Source: Chthonomonadales bacterium
GTDB taxonomy: Bacteria > Armatimonadota > Chthonomonadetes > Chthonomonadales > CAJBBX01
Length of the DNA stretch: 64,000 nucleotides
Assembly (NCBI GenBank): GCA_037443035.1
Contig: JBBIPC010000020.1
Coordinates: 1-64,000, forward strand
Reading direction: 5' to 3'
Of this stretch, positions 40,810 through 50,726 are shown piece by piece (the stretch's first letter is position 1; every line of letters starts with the position of its first letter). A program made the translations under genes and the position numbers. Below the pieces are notes generated by a model. The model was not told the origin of the DNA and did not search any database. It saw nothing but the letters and a program-made list of their open reading frames with translations.

Positions 40810-43275
40810 TCACATGCGCCGTTTGCGCCGCTTCGATCGGGCCTTCTCTCCGGCGCTTGGCGACCGACGCCGGTCCGCAGCGTTCTCCATGCCAGCGGGT
40901 GTGGCAGCGTTCGCTCCCGTTCCTTGCCCGCCGGTGGTGGTCTGGACCGCGGGAACAGACGGTTTCGGACGTGGAGGGTTTGCTGGTTGCCGGACCGCTG
41001 GTCGCTGGGCAGGGGAAGCTACGGCTGCGGCGGCAGTGGCCGCATGACGCCAGAGAACCAGCAGGGGGCTGGCGTTGAAGATGGACGAATACGTGCCGCT
41101 GACCACACCGATGAGCAGTGCCGACACGAATACGCGAATGACCGGACCGCCCCAGATGAGCAGGGCGACAAGCGTAAGGATGACTGTCAAGGACGTGTTC
41201 ACAGAACGGGAGAAGGTCTGTTCGATACTCCGATCCGTTACCTCGGCGAACGTCTCGCCACGGGCTTTGTGGCGAAGGTTCTCTCGGATTCGGTCGAAGA
41301 TGACAATCGTATCGTGCGTGGAGAAGCCGATGACGGTCAACAGTGCCGTAACGAACAAGCTGTCTACCTGCCAGTGCAATAGCAGACCGAGAATCGCCAT
41401 CGTGCCCCAAAGTACCATGGCGTCGTGGAGCGTAGCGGCGATGGCACATACGCCGAACTTCAGCCCCTCTAGGAATCCGCCTATGGCGAAGCGGAACGCA
41501 AGGTAGAGCACGATCAAGACGGATGCCCAGGCGAGTGCCTTCAGGGCGTTGGTGCGGAGTTCGCGACTGATGGCACCGCTGACTGACGACACCGACTCGA
41601 CCTTGCCACCCGCCTGCTCTATAGCCGCTCTCACTTGCTCCTGCTGACTAGGGTTGAGGCGCTTGGTCGTAATGAACGCGCGATTGCCTTCCGCCAACAC
41701 CACGCGGGCTTCGGAGAACCCGGCCTGCCGTACCGTCCGAACCACGCCCTCAACCGACGGCTTGCGCTGGAACTGGGCCAGAACCTCGGTTCCTCCGGTG
41801 AACTCGATGCTGTATTTGATGCCACCCATTCCGAGCCATGCGATGAGGCCCGGAACGATGAGCAGGCCCGATAGCCCGAACCAGAACTTCATGTTCTTGG
41901 TGACGTTGAGCTTCGGATGGAGACCGTGCTGAAGAGGATACAGCCGATCATTCTGACCCATTGGCGTGGACGCAAGGATCAGTAAGAAGGTACGGGAGCA
42001 CGTGATAGCGGTGAACATGGAGATCAGCACACCGATGCCCAGCGTGATGGCGAATCCACGCACTGGCCCTGTACCGAAGGAGTACAGGATGATACACGTG
42101 ATGATCGTGCACATGTTCGAGTCGAAGATTGCAGTGAAAGCCCTCTTGAAGCCGGCCTCGATGGCTGCACGAATGGACTTCCCCGCAAGGCGTTCTTCCT
42201 TGAGCCGCTCGAAGATGAGCACGTTTGCGTCCACGGCCATGCCGATGGACAAGATGAACCCAGCGATGCCCGGAACGGTAAGCGTAACGCCGGGAAAGCC
42301 GAGCCACGATAGCGAACCGACAAAGACCGAGTAGGTGAAAAGTGTATAGAGGATAAGGGCCAAGTCGGCGAGCAGGCCAGGCAGCTTGTAGTAGAGGGCC
42401 ATGAAGAGGAGCACCAGAACGAGCCCGATGATGCCGGCGACGAACGTCTGGTGCATGGCCTGCCGTCCTAAGGTGGCCTCCAGGTTCTCCTGTTGCTCCA
42501 GCTCCAGTGGGACGGGAAGTGCACCAGCATTGAGCTGGCTCGCCAATGTCCGCGCCTGTTCCGGTGTGAAGTGACCACGGATGATGCCCACTCCCGGGAT
42601 CGGCTCTTCGATGACTGGTGCCGAGATGAGCTTCTTATCCAGGAATATGGCCAGCTTCTTTCCGACGTGCGATCGGGTGAAATTCTCGAAGATCCGTTTA
42701 GAGGGTCCTTTGAACTCGAAGTGAATGACCGTACCATCGGGCCCTAGTTCTGCGCGCGAGTTCGGCTCCAGCTCATCGCCGGCGAGAACGGGGGGCTTGC
42801 TGAAGACTTTGGCCTCCAGCTCTTCCTTCGAGATGGGGCCGTTGGGACCCGTGATGACCTCGTAACCCGTCTCGCGCCCGTTGATCTCCTCCGCCTCGTG
42901 TCGCCAGTCACGCTCGAGTTCCTCGACGTAGCGGAACTCGAGGCGTGCAGTGGTCTGAATAGCTTCCAGCGCCTGCTGCTTATTGCGGATTCCCGGCAGC
43001 TCCACGACGACCTGGTCCTGCTCAGGCTTCGTGTAGATGACAGGCTCGGCCACCCCCAGTGCATCCACGCGACTCCGGATAATGCCGGCAATCGTCTCCA
43101 GATTGTCTGCGGACCACTTCCCGCTCCGAAGCTCTTCCTTCTTCGCTCGAAGGACGACCCGCATTCCGCCCTGGATGTCGAGACCGAGACGGGGCCGCTT
43201 GGTTACGGCAACATAGGTGGAACCAGCGACGAGAAGCAGAATGAGAATGAACAGACGCCAGTGGATGTTCTTCAA
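40810..43275 (-). CDS. secDF: Fused protein translocase subunit SecDF
   Basis: LGLDIQGG, GMAVDANVLIFER, SIEFTGG and DTIVIFDRIRE. Probable TTG start at 43275 with AGAGG SD. Confidence 0.95.
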   Translation of the reverse strand: MKNIHWRLFILILLLVAGSTYVAVTKRPRLGLDIQGGMRVVLRAKKEELRSGKWSADNLETIAGIIRSRVDALGVAEPVIYTKPEQDQVVVELPGIRNKQQALEAIQTTARLEFRYVEELERDWRHEAEEINGRETGYEVITGPNGPISKEELEAKVFSKPPVLAGDELEPNSRAELGPDGTVIHFEFKGPSKRIFENFTRSHVGKKLAIFLDKKLISAPVIEEPIPGVGIIRGHFTPEQARTLASQLNAGALPVPLELEQQENLEATLGRQAMHQTFVAGIIGLVLVLLFMALYYKLPGLLADLALILYTLFTYSVFVGSLSWLGFPGVTLTVPGIAGFILSIGMAVDANVLIFERLKEERLAGKSIRAAIEAGFKRAFTAIFDSNMCTIITCIILYSFGTGPVRGFAITLGIGVLISMFTAITCSRTFLLILASTPMGQNDRLYPLQHGLHPKLNVTKNMKFWFGLSGLLIVPGLIAWLGMGGIKYSIEFTGGTEVLAQFQRKPSVEGVVRTVRQAGFSEARVVLAEGNRAFITTKRLNPSQQEQVRAAIEQAGGKVESVSSVSGAISRELRTNALKALAWASVLIVLYLAFRFAIGGFLEGLKFGVCAIAATLHDAMVLWGTMAILGLLLHWQVDSLFVTALLTVIGFSTHDTIVIFDRIRENLRHKARGETFAEVTDRSIEQTFSRSVNTSLTVILTLVALLIWGGPVIRVFVSALLIGVVSGTYSSIFNASPLLVLWRHAATAAAAVASPAQRPAVRQPANPPRPKPSVPAVQTTTGGQGTGANAATPAGMENAADRRRSPSAGEKARSKRRKRRM

Positions 43276-43445
43276 TATCGCAATCCTCTTGAGGGCCGTG
43301 CAGACCGTCCCCGTAATGTGGGTTGCCTCGGGATCTATCCCTGAACGGGCCAGCCACCTACAGCGACATCGCCACGATGCCTGCCGGGCCGAACTCAAAT
43401 GTACTCACACGCCTGGCCGATTGGGACCAAGCGCCAGAACACGTC

Positions 43446-43475
43446 ATTATAGCCGCGGCACCGTCCGAACGTCAA
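43446..43475 (-). promoter_or_regulatory. Near-consensus sigma70 promoter upstream of secDF
   Basis: Minus strand TTGACG-N18-TATAAT. Confidence 0.65.
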
Positions 43476-43564
43476 CGCCGGTGGAAGCATAGCAGTGCGC
43501 CTCGAGCGTAAATAAACTGTAGGCATTCGATGACGCCTGTGGATGATACCGGAGGGTGCTGTCA

Positions 43565-43837
43565 ATGGAAGACAAACCAGCGTCGTATGACAAGAAGGGC
43601 GGACGAGGATGGCACGGCGACCCAGAGGGGCATGCGCGAGCGGGTCGCATGGGTGGGGCGCGCATCGCTACGAACCGGGAACACATGCGGGAGATAGGTC
43701 GCAAGGGTGGAAAAGCCATTGCTAGAAACCGTGAGCACATGGCGGAGATAGGGCGTCGAGGCGGCCTCAAGGTCTCCCGGAACCGGGGTCACATGGCCGA
43801 CATCGGACGGAAGGGCGGCTCTCATCCGGCGTCATAG
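43565..43837 (+). CDS. KGG-repeat (GsiB/Em-like) general stress protein
   Basis: Three 18 aa repeats NRxHMx(E/D)IGR(K/R)GG plus a degenerate GDPEGHARAGRMGG. Confidence 0.85.
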   Translation: MEDKPASYDKKGGRGWHGDPEGHARAGRMGGARIATNREHMREIGRKGGKAIARNREHMAEIGRRGGLKVSRNRGHMADIGRKGGSHPAS

Positions 43838-43866
43838 CCGTACGATGCAGCGCCGTATGGCTATGA
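43832..43866. terminator. Hairpin at the end of the KGG gene (possible terminator or stabiliser)
   Basis: TCATAGCCGTACG-N9-CGTATGGCTATGA, 13 bp stem with one G-U pair; no U tract. Confidence 0.4.
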
Positions 43867-43941
43867 GGACCCAGGGAGAGGTATTATCGTCTCCGGGAGC
43901 CGTCGAACGGCGTTGCACAGCTCAGCGACCATCGGGATGCC

Positions 43942-44229
43942 ATGAAGATGTCAGTGACCAGCAAGCCTGCAACGGAGACAGCCGAACCGACGACAGAGAC
44001 CGGTGAACACATCGTCATTGTCTACAACAACGACTACAACACCTTCGACGAGGTGATCGCCATACTGATGAAAGCCACCGGCTGCTCGTTGCAGGAAGCC
44101 AGCACGGAAACGTGGGAAATTCACAACCTCGGTAAGTCGGTGGTTCACCATGGGAGCGCAGAGGAGTGCCAACGCGCGGCGGCCATCATCCGGACGATCG
44201 GCATCCGAGTTGAAGTCCGACCCCTCTAG
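43942..44229 (+). CDS. clpS: ClpS-like Clp protease adaptor
   Basis: VIVYNNDYNTFDEVI and EIHNLGKSVV. Confidence 0.85.
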   Translation: MKMSVTSKPATETAEPTTETGEHIVIVYNNDYNTFDEVIAILMKATGCSLQEASTETWEIHNLGKSVVHHGSAEECQRAAAIIRTIGIRVEVRPL

Positions 44230-46464
44230 TCACTCTCGTTCCAGCGTGCGAATGACGTCCAGGCAATTGAGCACCTTCTCGGCAAGATCCAGGGGCACAT
44301 AGTAGTAGTGACTCGTTGCTTCGAACCCGATGCGCGTGTCAGCCATCTGCAGGTCGTACAGTGTCTTGGCGCGCTCTAGCTCTGTCCGTGCGAGGGATGC
44401 CATGCGCTGGCGAAGCCTCGCTCTCTCATCGCCAACTGCGCCAACCGCCGCGTTGCGAAGGGCGATGAATTCTGCTTGGTCTGCTGTGCTGCCGAAGTGA
44501 AGAGCGCATGTTCTCAAGACGCCTAGCTCGAGTTCCAGTGCACTCCGGCGCGAACCGGCATCGTCGAGAAGGCTCTGTAGGCGCGTCGCTGCCGTCTGGA
44601 AGCCCTCTGCTACTGTGCGCATCTGCTGGATTAATACTTCCGCAGGATAGACAGATCGCCAGCTGTCGAGGTCATCGTACGGTATGCCCACCATTGTGGC
44701 GTGATATCCCGTTGGAGCGAGCCACAACAGGTTGGAGGGACCCGCGTGCTGGGGACCGGTGTAGACTGTCTGGATATGGAATGGGAACTCCCTGAACGAA
44801 TCACTGGCCAAGTTCCAGGCTTCGACGACGGCCGGAGCGACGGAAGAGCCATATCTGGACGCGGCTACGGCGCTCATGGCCTCGTCCACTGTCATCCCAC
44901 TCAGGACATTCCGCACAACCTCCAGGTTCGGACTCGGATAGCCGCCCACTGTCCAACCGAGCATCACCCCGTCAACGCCTGACTCACGCAGGTTCCTGGC
45001 ATGTTCTGCAACCAAGCGGACCGCCGGGATGTACGGCGCTGCGGACATCTCCCACGTCGCGCCTGCCTGGATCTTCGCGAGGACACGAAGACCATGGTCC
45101 TTGGCGATGGCCCAGTGACGCTGGGCGCGTGGTCCTGGACCGACGGCGCTGATGGAGTACTCACCGACGACGGCAGGGACACCCCCGCGCTGGATGGGCA
45201 GGCTCCATTCCGAGACGCTCATGAAAGACACTCCTCGCGGAAGCGCACGGATGGCACACTCGGCCCAGTCGTCCGGCCAGGCCCAGTCCCAGACGATGAG
45301 CTGCTGCTTGCCGCCTGCCGCCTGGATGCCGTCGTAGAACAGGCGGTTCACCTCCGCGATGACCTCTGCACCAGGTCTCTGTGCACATCGCGGGCACGAA
45401 CTGGCCCCATGGTGGGACCAGCAGTTCGTCAGGTTTTCGGACATGGTAATCGTGAAGAAGCCGCCGAGATCCGGCACGGCGCTAGCGATGGCAGCAATGG
45501 CGTCCCTGAGATATGCCTGGACCTCTGGAACGCTTGTGCACAGCGATGCGTGGTCTCCTTCTACTGCTCCTCTGAGTTCCGGGTGCTGTTCGTAGAAGCG
45601 AAGTGGCATGGCTCGCGGCTCGTTCAGGTAAAGATAGACCCGAATGCCATGCCGTTTGGCCCTGGCCACGAGCCGCCGGAGGTTGGCGAGGCGGTTCTGG
45701 TAGCCTTCGCTCAATCTACTGTCCCACGGGAACGGATGCAGTTTGTACAGAACTGCCTGCAGCCAGACGCCGTCCACTCCCGCTTCGGCAAGGCGCGCAA
45801 GGTAGCCGTTCGGGTAGGGATCGTTGTGCGGATCGGCGAGTGGATCACCGTAGAGGCCGAAGTAGGAGTAACAGAAACGCGGCGTCACGGGGATCTGCCT
45901 CTGGGGTGGTGCCTTGTAAGGTGCCGAGAGATCTCGCACGAACTGGAAGAGGGGACGCCGTAGCGAACCAACGCCCTGCCGAAACTCGCGCGCAACCACG
46001 GTAGCGATAGCCTTCTCTGCAGCCACTACTGATGCGTCAGGCTTGGTATAGCGCAAGGGCTCGCATCGAGGCTTCAAGTTGCCGAGCTTCACGAACAGGA
46101 AGTCGTCCTCGCGCAACGTGAAGGCCATCTGCTCAGGCGTCCAGCCGAGTAGGTCGAGGAGCTGTTCGTAGGGAAGGATGTGCCAGTTACGCCTGATGAT
46201 GGTGACGTACGAACGCCGCCACTGGTCCGAAGTGATGCGCGGCGGTCCCTGGAGTCCCATGGCGTGTCCCATGCGCAGGATGTCCTCCCTGCGCGCGCCA
46301 ACGACGCTAGCCATGCGCTCGGGTGGGACAAGCTGCCAGTTCCGCCAGACGAAGGCGTGCAGTCGGTCCGGAAAGTGCGGCGTGGCCAGAGCTGCCGGTG
46401 CGGAACCCATGGGAAGGTCAGCTACGCCGGTCGGTAGTGCAGCGAACAATGCCGGAACGAACAT
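44230..46464 (-). CDS. Uncharacterised TIM-barrel (glycoside hydrolase-like) protein
   Basis: AGVDGVWLQ, GIRVYLYLNEPR and LIVWDW beta/alpha pattern; family not assignable by eye. Confidence 0.55.
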   Translation of the reverse strand: MFVPALFAALPTGVADLPMGSAPAALATPHFPDRLHAFVWRNWQLVPPERMASVVGARREDILRMGHAMGLQGPPRITSDQWRRSYVTIIRRNWHILPYEQLLDLLGWTPEQMAFTLREDDFLFVKLGNLKPRCEPLRYTKPDASVVAAEKAIATVVAREFRQGVGSLRRPLFQFVRDLSAPYKAPPQRQIPVTPRFCYSYFGLYGDPLADPHNDPYPNGYLARLAEAGVDGVWLQAVLYKLHPFPWDSRLSEGYQNRLANLRRLVARAKRHGIRVYLYLNEPRAMPLRFYEQHPELRGAVEGDHASLCTSVPEVQAYLRDAIAAIASAVPDLGGFFTITMSENLTNCWSHHGASSCPRCAQRPGAEVIAEVNRLFYDGIQAAGGKQQLIVWDWAWPDDWAECAIRALPRGVSFMSVSEWSLPIQRGGVPAVVGEYSISAVGPGPRAQRHWAIAKDHGLRVLAKIQAGATWEMSAAPYIPAVRLVAEHARNLRESGVDGVMLGWTVGGYPSPNLEVVRNVLSGMTVDEAMSAVAASRYGSSVAPAVVEAWNLASDSFREFPFHIQTVYTGPQHAGPSNLLWLAPTGYHATMVGIPYDDLDSWRSVYPAEVLIQQMRTVAEGFQTAATRLQSLLDDAGSRRSALELELGVLRTCALHFGSTADQAEFIALRNAAVGAVGDERARLRQRMASLARTELERAKTLYDLQMADTRIGFEATSHYYYVPLDLAEKVLNCLDVIRTLERE

Positions 46465-46522
46465 GTCGGTGGTCCTCCGTGCGGATGCGAGCAAGTGGTA
46501 ACGATACGAAGAGATTACTTAG

Positions 46523-48340
46523 TCACCTGCGCCCGTGAACCCTCCACAACGCGTAGTCTGGCCTGACGTCCACGGGCGATGTTGCATAGCGGGCTAGAGC
46601 AGGGGGTCTAGCGCTGCGAGTAAGGATCAGCACGGGCCCCTGCACCAGCAAGCGGTTGTAGTCGAGGTCCGCGACCCGCTTGGGTTCGAGCACCCGCTGA
46701 TGGCGAATGGCGTCGTCAGGCACGTAGTAAAGAACGCTGGGCCGGCGAGGGGCGCTGATGTCAACGATGAGGATGCCTCTGTCCGCGATCATCCGTCCAC
46801 CACGGCGCGTGAGTGCGTGGAGCGAGCCAATGGCATGGCGGTTGAGCAGTGGAACACCCAGGTGGACGACGAGGGCAACGAACACCGCCATTCCAGCCAA
46901 AGCCATCGCTGCCGCGTGTACAGGTCTCCGCACCCAGGAAGCCACCACAGCCGCTAGCAAGCCAAGAAGCGCAGGGGCGAGCGAGGTGCCGCTCCGGCGA
47001 AGCAGCGTGCGCACCGTGTCGCTGAGGACTACGTGTCGGTCGGCATAGCGGTTCACGAGCGCGACAATGGGATCCGGCCGCATGAGAACAAGCCAGAGAA
47101 TGGCCAGGATACTGAGACCGGCACTCGCCACTATGACTAGCCATTTCGGCGAGCATGATGATCGACCGAGACGGACAACGTAGTCACCAGAAAGGAGTGC
47201 AGCGGCAGGGTACAGAGGAAGGATGTAGCTGATGAGTTTGGATCCGCTCGCCGAGAACACCAAGAACGTCACCCAGAACCACGTCTTGAGAAGGCTTCTT
47301 GCTTCAGCGTCGGCCAGGCACTCAGAGCCGTGGCCAAAGCTTGGGTCGGTGCCGCTCTTGGATGGCGCTTCCTCTGGTGCTCGCGTTTGTCGTGCGCCGG
47401 AGCTTCCGGATGTGGGCGACGAGCGCTCGACGAGGGCTGCTGCCGTCAAGACGCTCCAAGGGAAGAAACCGAGAAGGAAGCCCGGAATGAAGAACCACAC
47501 TGGCGCTCGATGGCTCTGATCACCTCCCTGAAAGCGTCGTAGGTGCTGCCGGATGATGTACTCCTGTACGAACACTCTACCGTTAGCATGCCATGCTGCT
47601 AGGTGCCAGGGGAGAGTGACGAGCAGCACTAACGATAGGCATAAAGTGATCAAGATGACATGGCTGGCAAAGGACTCGGCGGAACGTGTCTGGACCGTCG
47701 CTGAATGTTGCCTTGTCGGATCGGTAGCAGCCCGTATCCTCACGAACACCCACCACAGGGCGAGCACGAGGACAGGCAAGACGATGCCCGGTGCTCCCTT
47801 GGCAAGCGCTCCGCAGCCTGCTGCAATAGCGGAGGATACGGCCCAGCTCACACGTGGCGCACCTGATGCGAGTTGGGCCTCGAATAGGCAAACAATGGTC
47901 GCGGCAACGCATAGCGCTAGCAGGGCATCCGTGGTGGCAAGACGGCCTGCGCCTACCATGACAGGTCCAAGAGCGAGAAACGCTCCTGCAAGCAATCCTG
48001 GCAGACGCCCAAGCCTGCGCCTGCCGAACCACGACGTGAGGAGCACAAGCAAGGACGCGGCCAGTGCGGACGGAAACCGAGCGGCGAACTCCGTTCGGCC
48101 GAAGGTTCGGATCGAGAGTGCACCGAGCCAGTAGAGGAGAGGCGGCTTCTCGAAGAACGGCCGGTGGTTCACGCGCGGCGTCACGATGTCGCCGGTCAGA
48201 GCCATCTCCCTTGCCGCCTCGGTGTAGAGGCCCTCGTCGAGATCCGTGATGTCGAGCGCTCCCAAGCGTACCCAGAAAGCGAGTGCACACAGTCCGGCGA
48301 GAAGAGCGCTCGGCCACGCGCGGGCGCACCAAGTGCTCAC
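46523..48340 (-). CDS. ArnT/PMT-like GT-C glycosyltransferase (copy 2)
   Basis: DLDEGLYTEAAREM, FEKPPLLYW, LAKG and KLISYILPLYP. Confidence 0.9.
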   Translation of the reverse strand: MSTWCARAWPSALLAGLCALAFWVRLGALDITDLDEGLYTEAAREMALTGDIVTPRVNHRPFFEKPPLLYWLGALSIRTFGRTEFAARFPSALAASLLVLLTSWFGRRRLGRLPGLLAGAFLALGPVMVGAGRLATTDALLALCVAATIVCLFEAQLASGAPRVSWAVSSAIAAGCGALAKGAPGIVLPVLVLALWWVFVRIRAATDPTRQHSATVQTRSAESFASHVILITLCLSLVLLVTLPWHLAAWHANGRVFVQEYIIRQHLRRFQGGDQSHRAPVWFFIPGFLLGFFPWSVLTAAALVERSSPTSGSSGARQTRAPEEAPSKSGTDPSFGHGSECLADAEARSLLKTWFWVTFLVFSASGSKLISYILPLYPAAALLSGDYVVRLGRSSCSPKWLVIVASAGLSILAILWLVLMRPDPIVALVNRYADRHVVLSDTVRTLLRRSGTSLAPALLGLLAAVVASWVRRPVHAAAMALAGMAVFVALVVHLGVPLLNRHAIGSLHALTRRGGRMIADRGILIVDISAPRRPSVLYYVPDDAIRHQRVLEPKRVADLDYNRLLVQGPVLILTRSARPPALARYATSPVDVRPDYALWRVHGRR

Positions 48341-50031
48341 GGTGCAGTCCTAGTGACCGCGAAGAGGGACCATCGGCCAGCGCGCTGTACCACCTCCACC
48401 ATGCCCAGACCGTCGAGCGTCTCTCTGCCCCGGTCTGAGTCCGCAATCACGTGGGCACGAGCCGATGCTGCGATCGCGTCCCGCACCGGCTCCTGGTCCC
48501 AGGACTCCAGAAGGAAACCCCTCCGAGGATCCGCTGGTAAAGGACCCATGAAGAGGTGACGCGGCAGATAGAAAAACAAGCTCGGTCGTCGCGGGCGTCC
48601 GATGTGGACGATAAGCGGAGCGCCGTTCTGACCAAGCGTACTGGCCGCAGCGGCAATTCGGCGCAGCGGCAGGTTCACTGCCCGATCATAGGCTGGAAGA
48701 CCTGTTTCCCAGGTCAACACTGTGAATAGCACCATCGTCGTGACAACACCAGCAACACCCGTTGGGGGCCGGATCCATGCCATGCCTGCAGAAACGGCCA
48801 AGCCAACGGCGAGCAGCGCCAGTACCACGTACGCGTACGTGATCATAGCGGGTGTCGTGAGCTGGAGCGCCTCGGGATCTGTCAAGCGATGGACGTGTGT
48901 GTAGAGGTAGTACCATCCGAAACCTGTAACGGCGAGCTGAATGACGGCGGCGGTCGTGATTCCGGCTAGCAAGAGGGGGGAACGCCTGTGTGTTGCCTCC
49001 CAGACTTGCAGCGAACGGTCAATGGCAATGGCCGTCAGCAGTGCAAGGGCCGGGAAGATAGGCAGGAGGTAGCTTACCAGCTTGGATTTCATCAGGCTGA
49101 ACAAGATGAAACCGGTCGCGGCCCAACAGACGACGAAGCCGTGTAGATCGGCGAATTCCGATCGCTTGGACCTGCTCAGCGCCAAGGGTAACATGAGGCT
49201 CCACGGAAAGAACGCACCGAGGAGCACCGGCAGGTAGTACCAGACTGGTCGGGCATGCCCGAACTCGGTGCCGTGCAGGATGCCCAAGTGGTGGAGTGTC
49301 CAGTACTCGTAAACGAAGAAAGAGCCATCCTTGCGGTAGGCGAGCACGTGCCACGGTGCGATAATCGCAACCAAGACCACCAGCCCGAGAACAGGGCGCA
49401 TCTCGAGGGCGCAGCGAATGGCATTTCCGAGCTTCCACTTGCTTCGCAAGAGGACGTAGACTAACACGACCGGCACCGGCAGCAGACCGGGGAAGCTCTT
49501 GGATAGGAAACCCAAGCCACAGCATGCCCAGAACGCGATCCACCAAGCAGTCGCACGCCTTCCAACTGACTGCATGGCCAGCCAAGCTGATACGAGGGCG
49601 CCAGCCACCCACCAGGTCTGGTGAATGTCCATCGTCATCTGCCGCGCCGTTCCGAGCACGATCGGATTGAGGCTGAACGCGGCAGCGGCGAGGAGGCCAA
49701 CGCGCCTCCCAAGCCTACTGCCGAGCCAGAACGTTAGTAAAGTTGTCAGCGTGGCAGCGATCGCCACCGGTAGGCGGGCGCACCATTCGCTGAACCCGAA
49801 GACACGGAAAAGCAGGGCCGTCTGCCAGAGGGCCAAAGGTGGCTTGTCGTAGAATGGGACTCCGTTGACGCGACCCGTCACGTAGTCATCGCGTAGAACC
49901 ATTTCCCGGGCCGCTTCGACATATAGCCCTTCGTTGAAGTCAAAGAGACCTGGTGTTCCGAGGCGCCAGAAGTAGCAGATGGCGCAAAGCGCCGCCACGA
50001 CGACCAGACCCTGACGGTGCTGCGCTCCCAT
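48337..50031 (-). CDS. ArnT/PMT-like GT-C glycosyltransferase (copy 1)
   Basis: DFNEGLYVEAAREM, YDKPPL and KLVSYLLPIFP. Confidence 0.9.
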   Translation of the reverse strand: MGAQHRQGLVVVAALCAICYFWRLGTPGLFDFNEGLYVEAAREMVLRDDYVTGRVNGVPFYDKPPLALWQTALLFRVFGFSEWCARLPVAIAATLTTLLTFWLGSRLGRRVGLLAAAAFSLNPIVLGTARQMTMDIHQTWWVAGALVSAWLAMQSVGRRATAWWIAFWACCGLGFLSKSFPGLLPVPVVLVYVLLRSKWKLGNAIRCALEMRPVLGLVVLVAIIAPWHVLAYRKDGSFFVYEYWTLHHLGILHGTEFGHARPVWYYLPVLLGAFFPWSLMLPLALSRSKRSEFADLHGFVVCWAATGFILFSLMKSKLVSYLLPIFPALALLTAIAIDRSLQVWEATHRRSPLLLAGITTAAVIQLAVTGFGWYYLYTHVHRLTDPEALQLTTPAMITYAYVVLALLAVGLAVSAGMAWIRPPTGVAGVVTTMVLFTVLTWETGLPAYDRAVNLPLRRIAAAASTLGQNGAPLIVHIGRPRRPSLFFYLPRHLFMGPLPADPRRGFLLESWDQEPVRDAIAASARAHVIADSDRGRETLDGLGMVEVVQRAGRWSLFAVTRTAP

Positions 50032-50067
50032 AGATTTCAGTAGCTCTGTGATCAGCGATCCTTCCGC

Positions 50068-50589
50068 TTAGTCGGACAGCTCACGTACGGCCGCGAGAAT
50101 ACGGTCGTAGTCCGGTTGTTCCGTCACCTCAGGCACGTACTCCACATACCGGATCTGTCGGTTCGTGTCCACCAAGAAGACTGCACGAGCCAGCAACCGG
50201 AGTGGTTCGATAAGAACGCCGTAGGATTCTCCGAACTCTGCAGTCCGATGGTCCGATGCCGTCTGTATCTGGTGCGTGCCTTTCTCAGTGCAGAAGCGCG
50301 CTTGGGCGAAAGGCAGGTCCATGCTAACTGTAAGAACCTCTACGTTGGCGGGCAGACTGATCACCTCGTCGTTGAACCGCACTGTCTGGCGTTCGCAAAC
50401 AGGGGTGTCCAGCGACGGAACAACGCTCAAGATGACATTCTTGCCTTCGAAGTCCTCCCACGTTATCTCCCGCAGACCCTCGGGTCCCCGCTGGATGAGG
50501 CAGAAGTCCGGGGCGCGGTCACCGACGTGAAGTTCAGGACCACGCAAGGGCAGGGGAGTGCCTCGCATCTTGACAGTACGCTCGCTCAT
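50068..50589 (-). CDS. tpx: Thiol peroxidase Tpx
   Basis: VPSLDTPVC, SMDLPFAQARFC and LLARAVF. Confidence 0.96.
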   Translation of the reverse strand: MSERTVKMRGTPLPLRGPELHVGDRAPDFCLIQRGPEGLREITWEDFEGKNVILSVVPSLDTPVCERQTVRFNDEVISLPANVEVLTVSMDLPFAQARFCTEKGTHQIQTASDHRTAEFGESYGVLIEPLRLLARAVFLVDTNRQIRYVEYVPEVTEQPDYDRILAAVRELSD

Positions 50590-50726
50590 GTGTCCTTCCT
50601 TGCTGCGCCGATCGGGGAGGAAGTCTCCCCTTTCAGGTGGCGATCAGCGAGATGCACTATTGTACCTGTGGGGAACCACGCGGGGGTGCCGCAGGCGTCA
50701 GGAACATGAACGACACCACGTTGCCG

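Noticed and set aside
43670..43820. CRISPR-like periodic repeat
   Set aside because: The 54 bp periodicity comes from the coding KGG repeats; there is no repeat-spacer structure and no cas gene.
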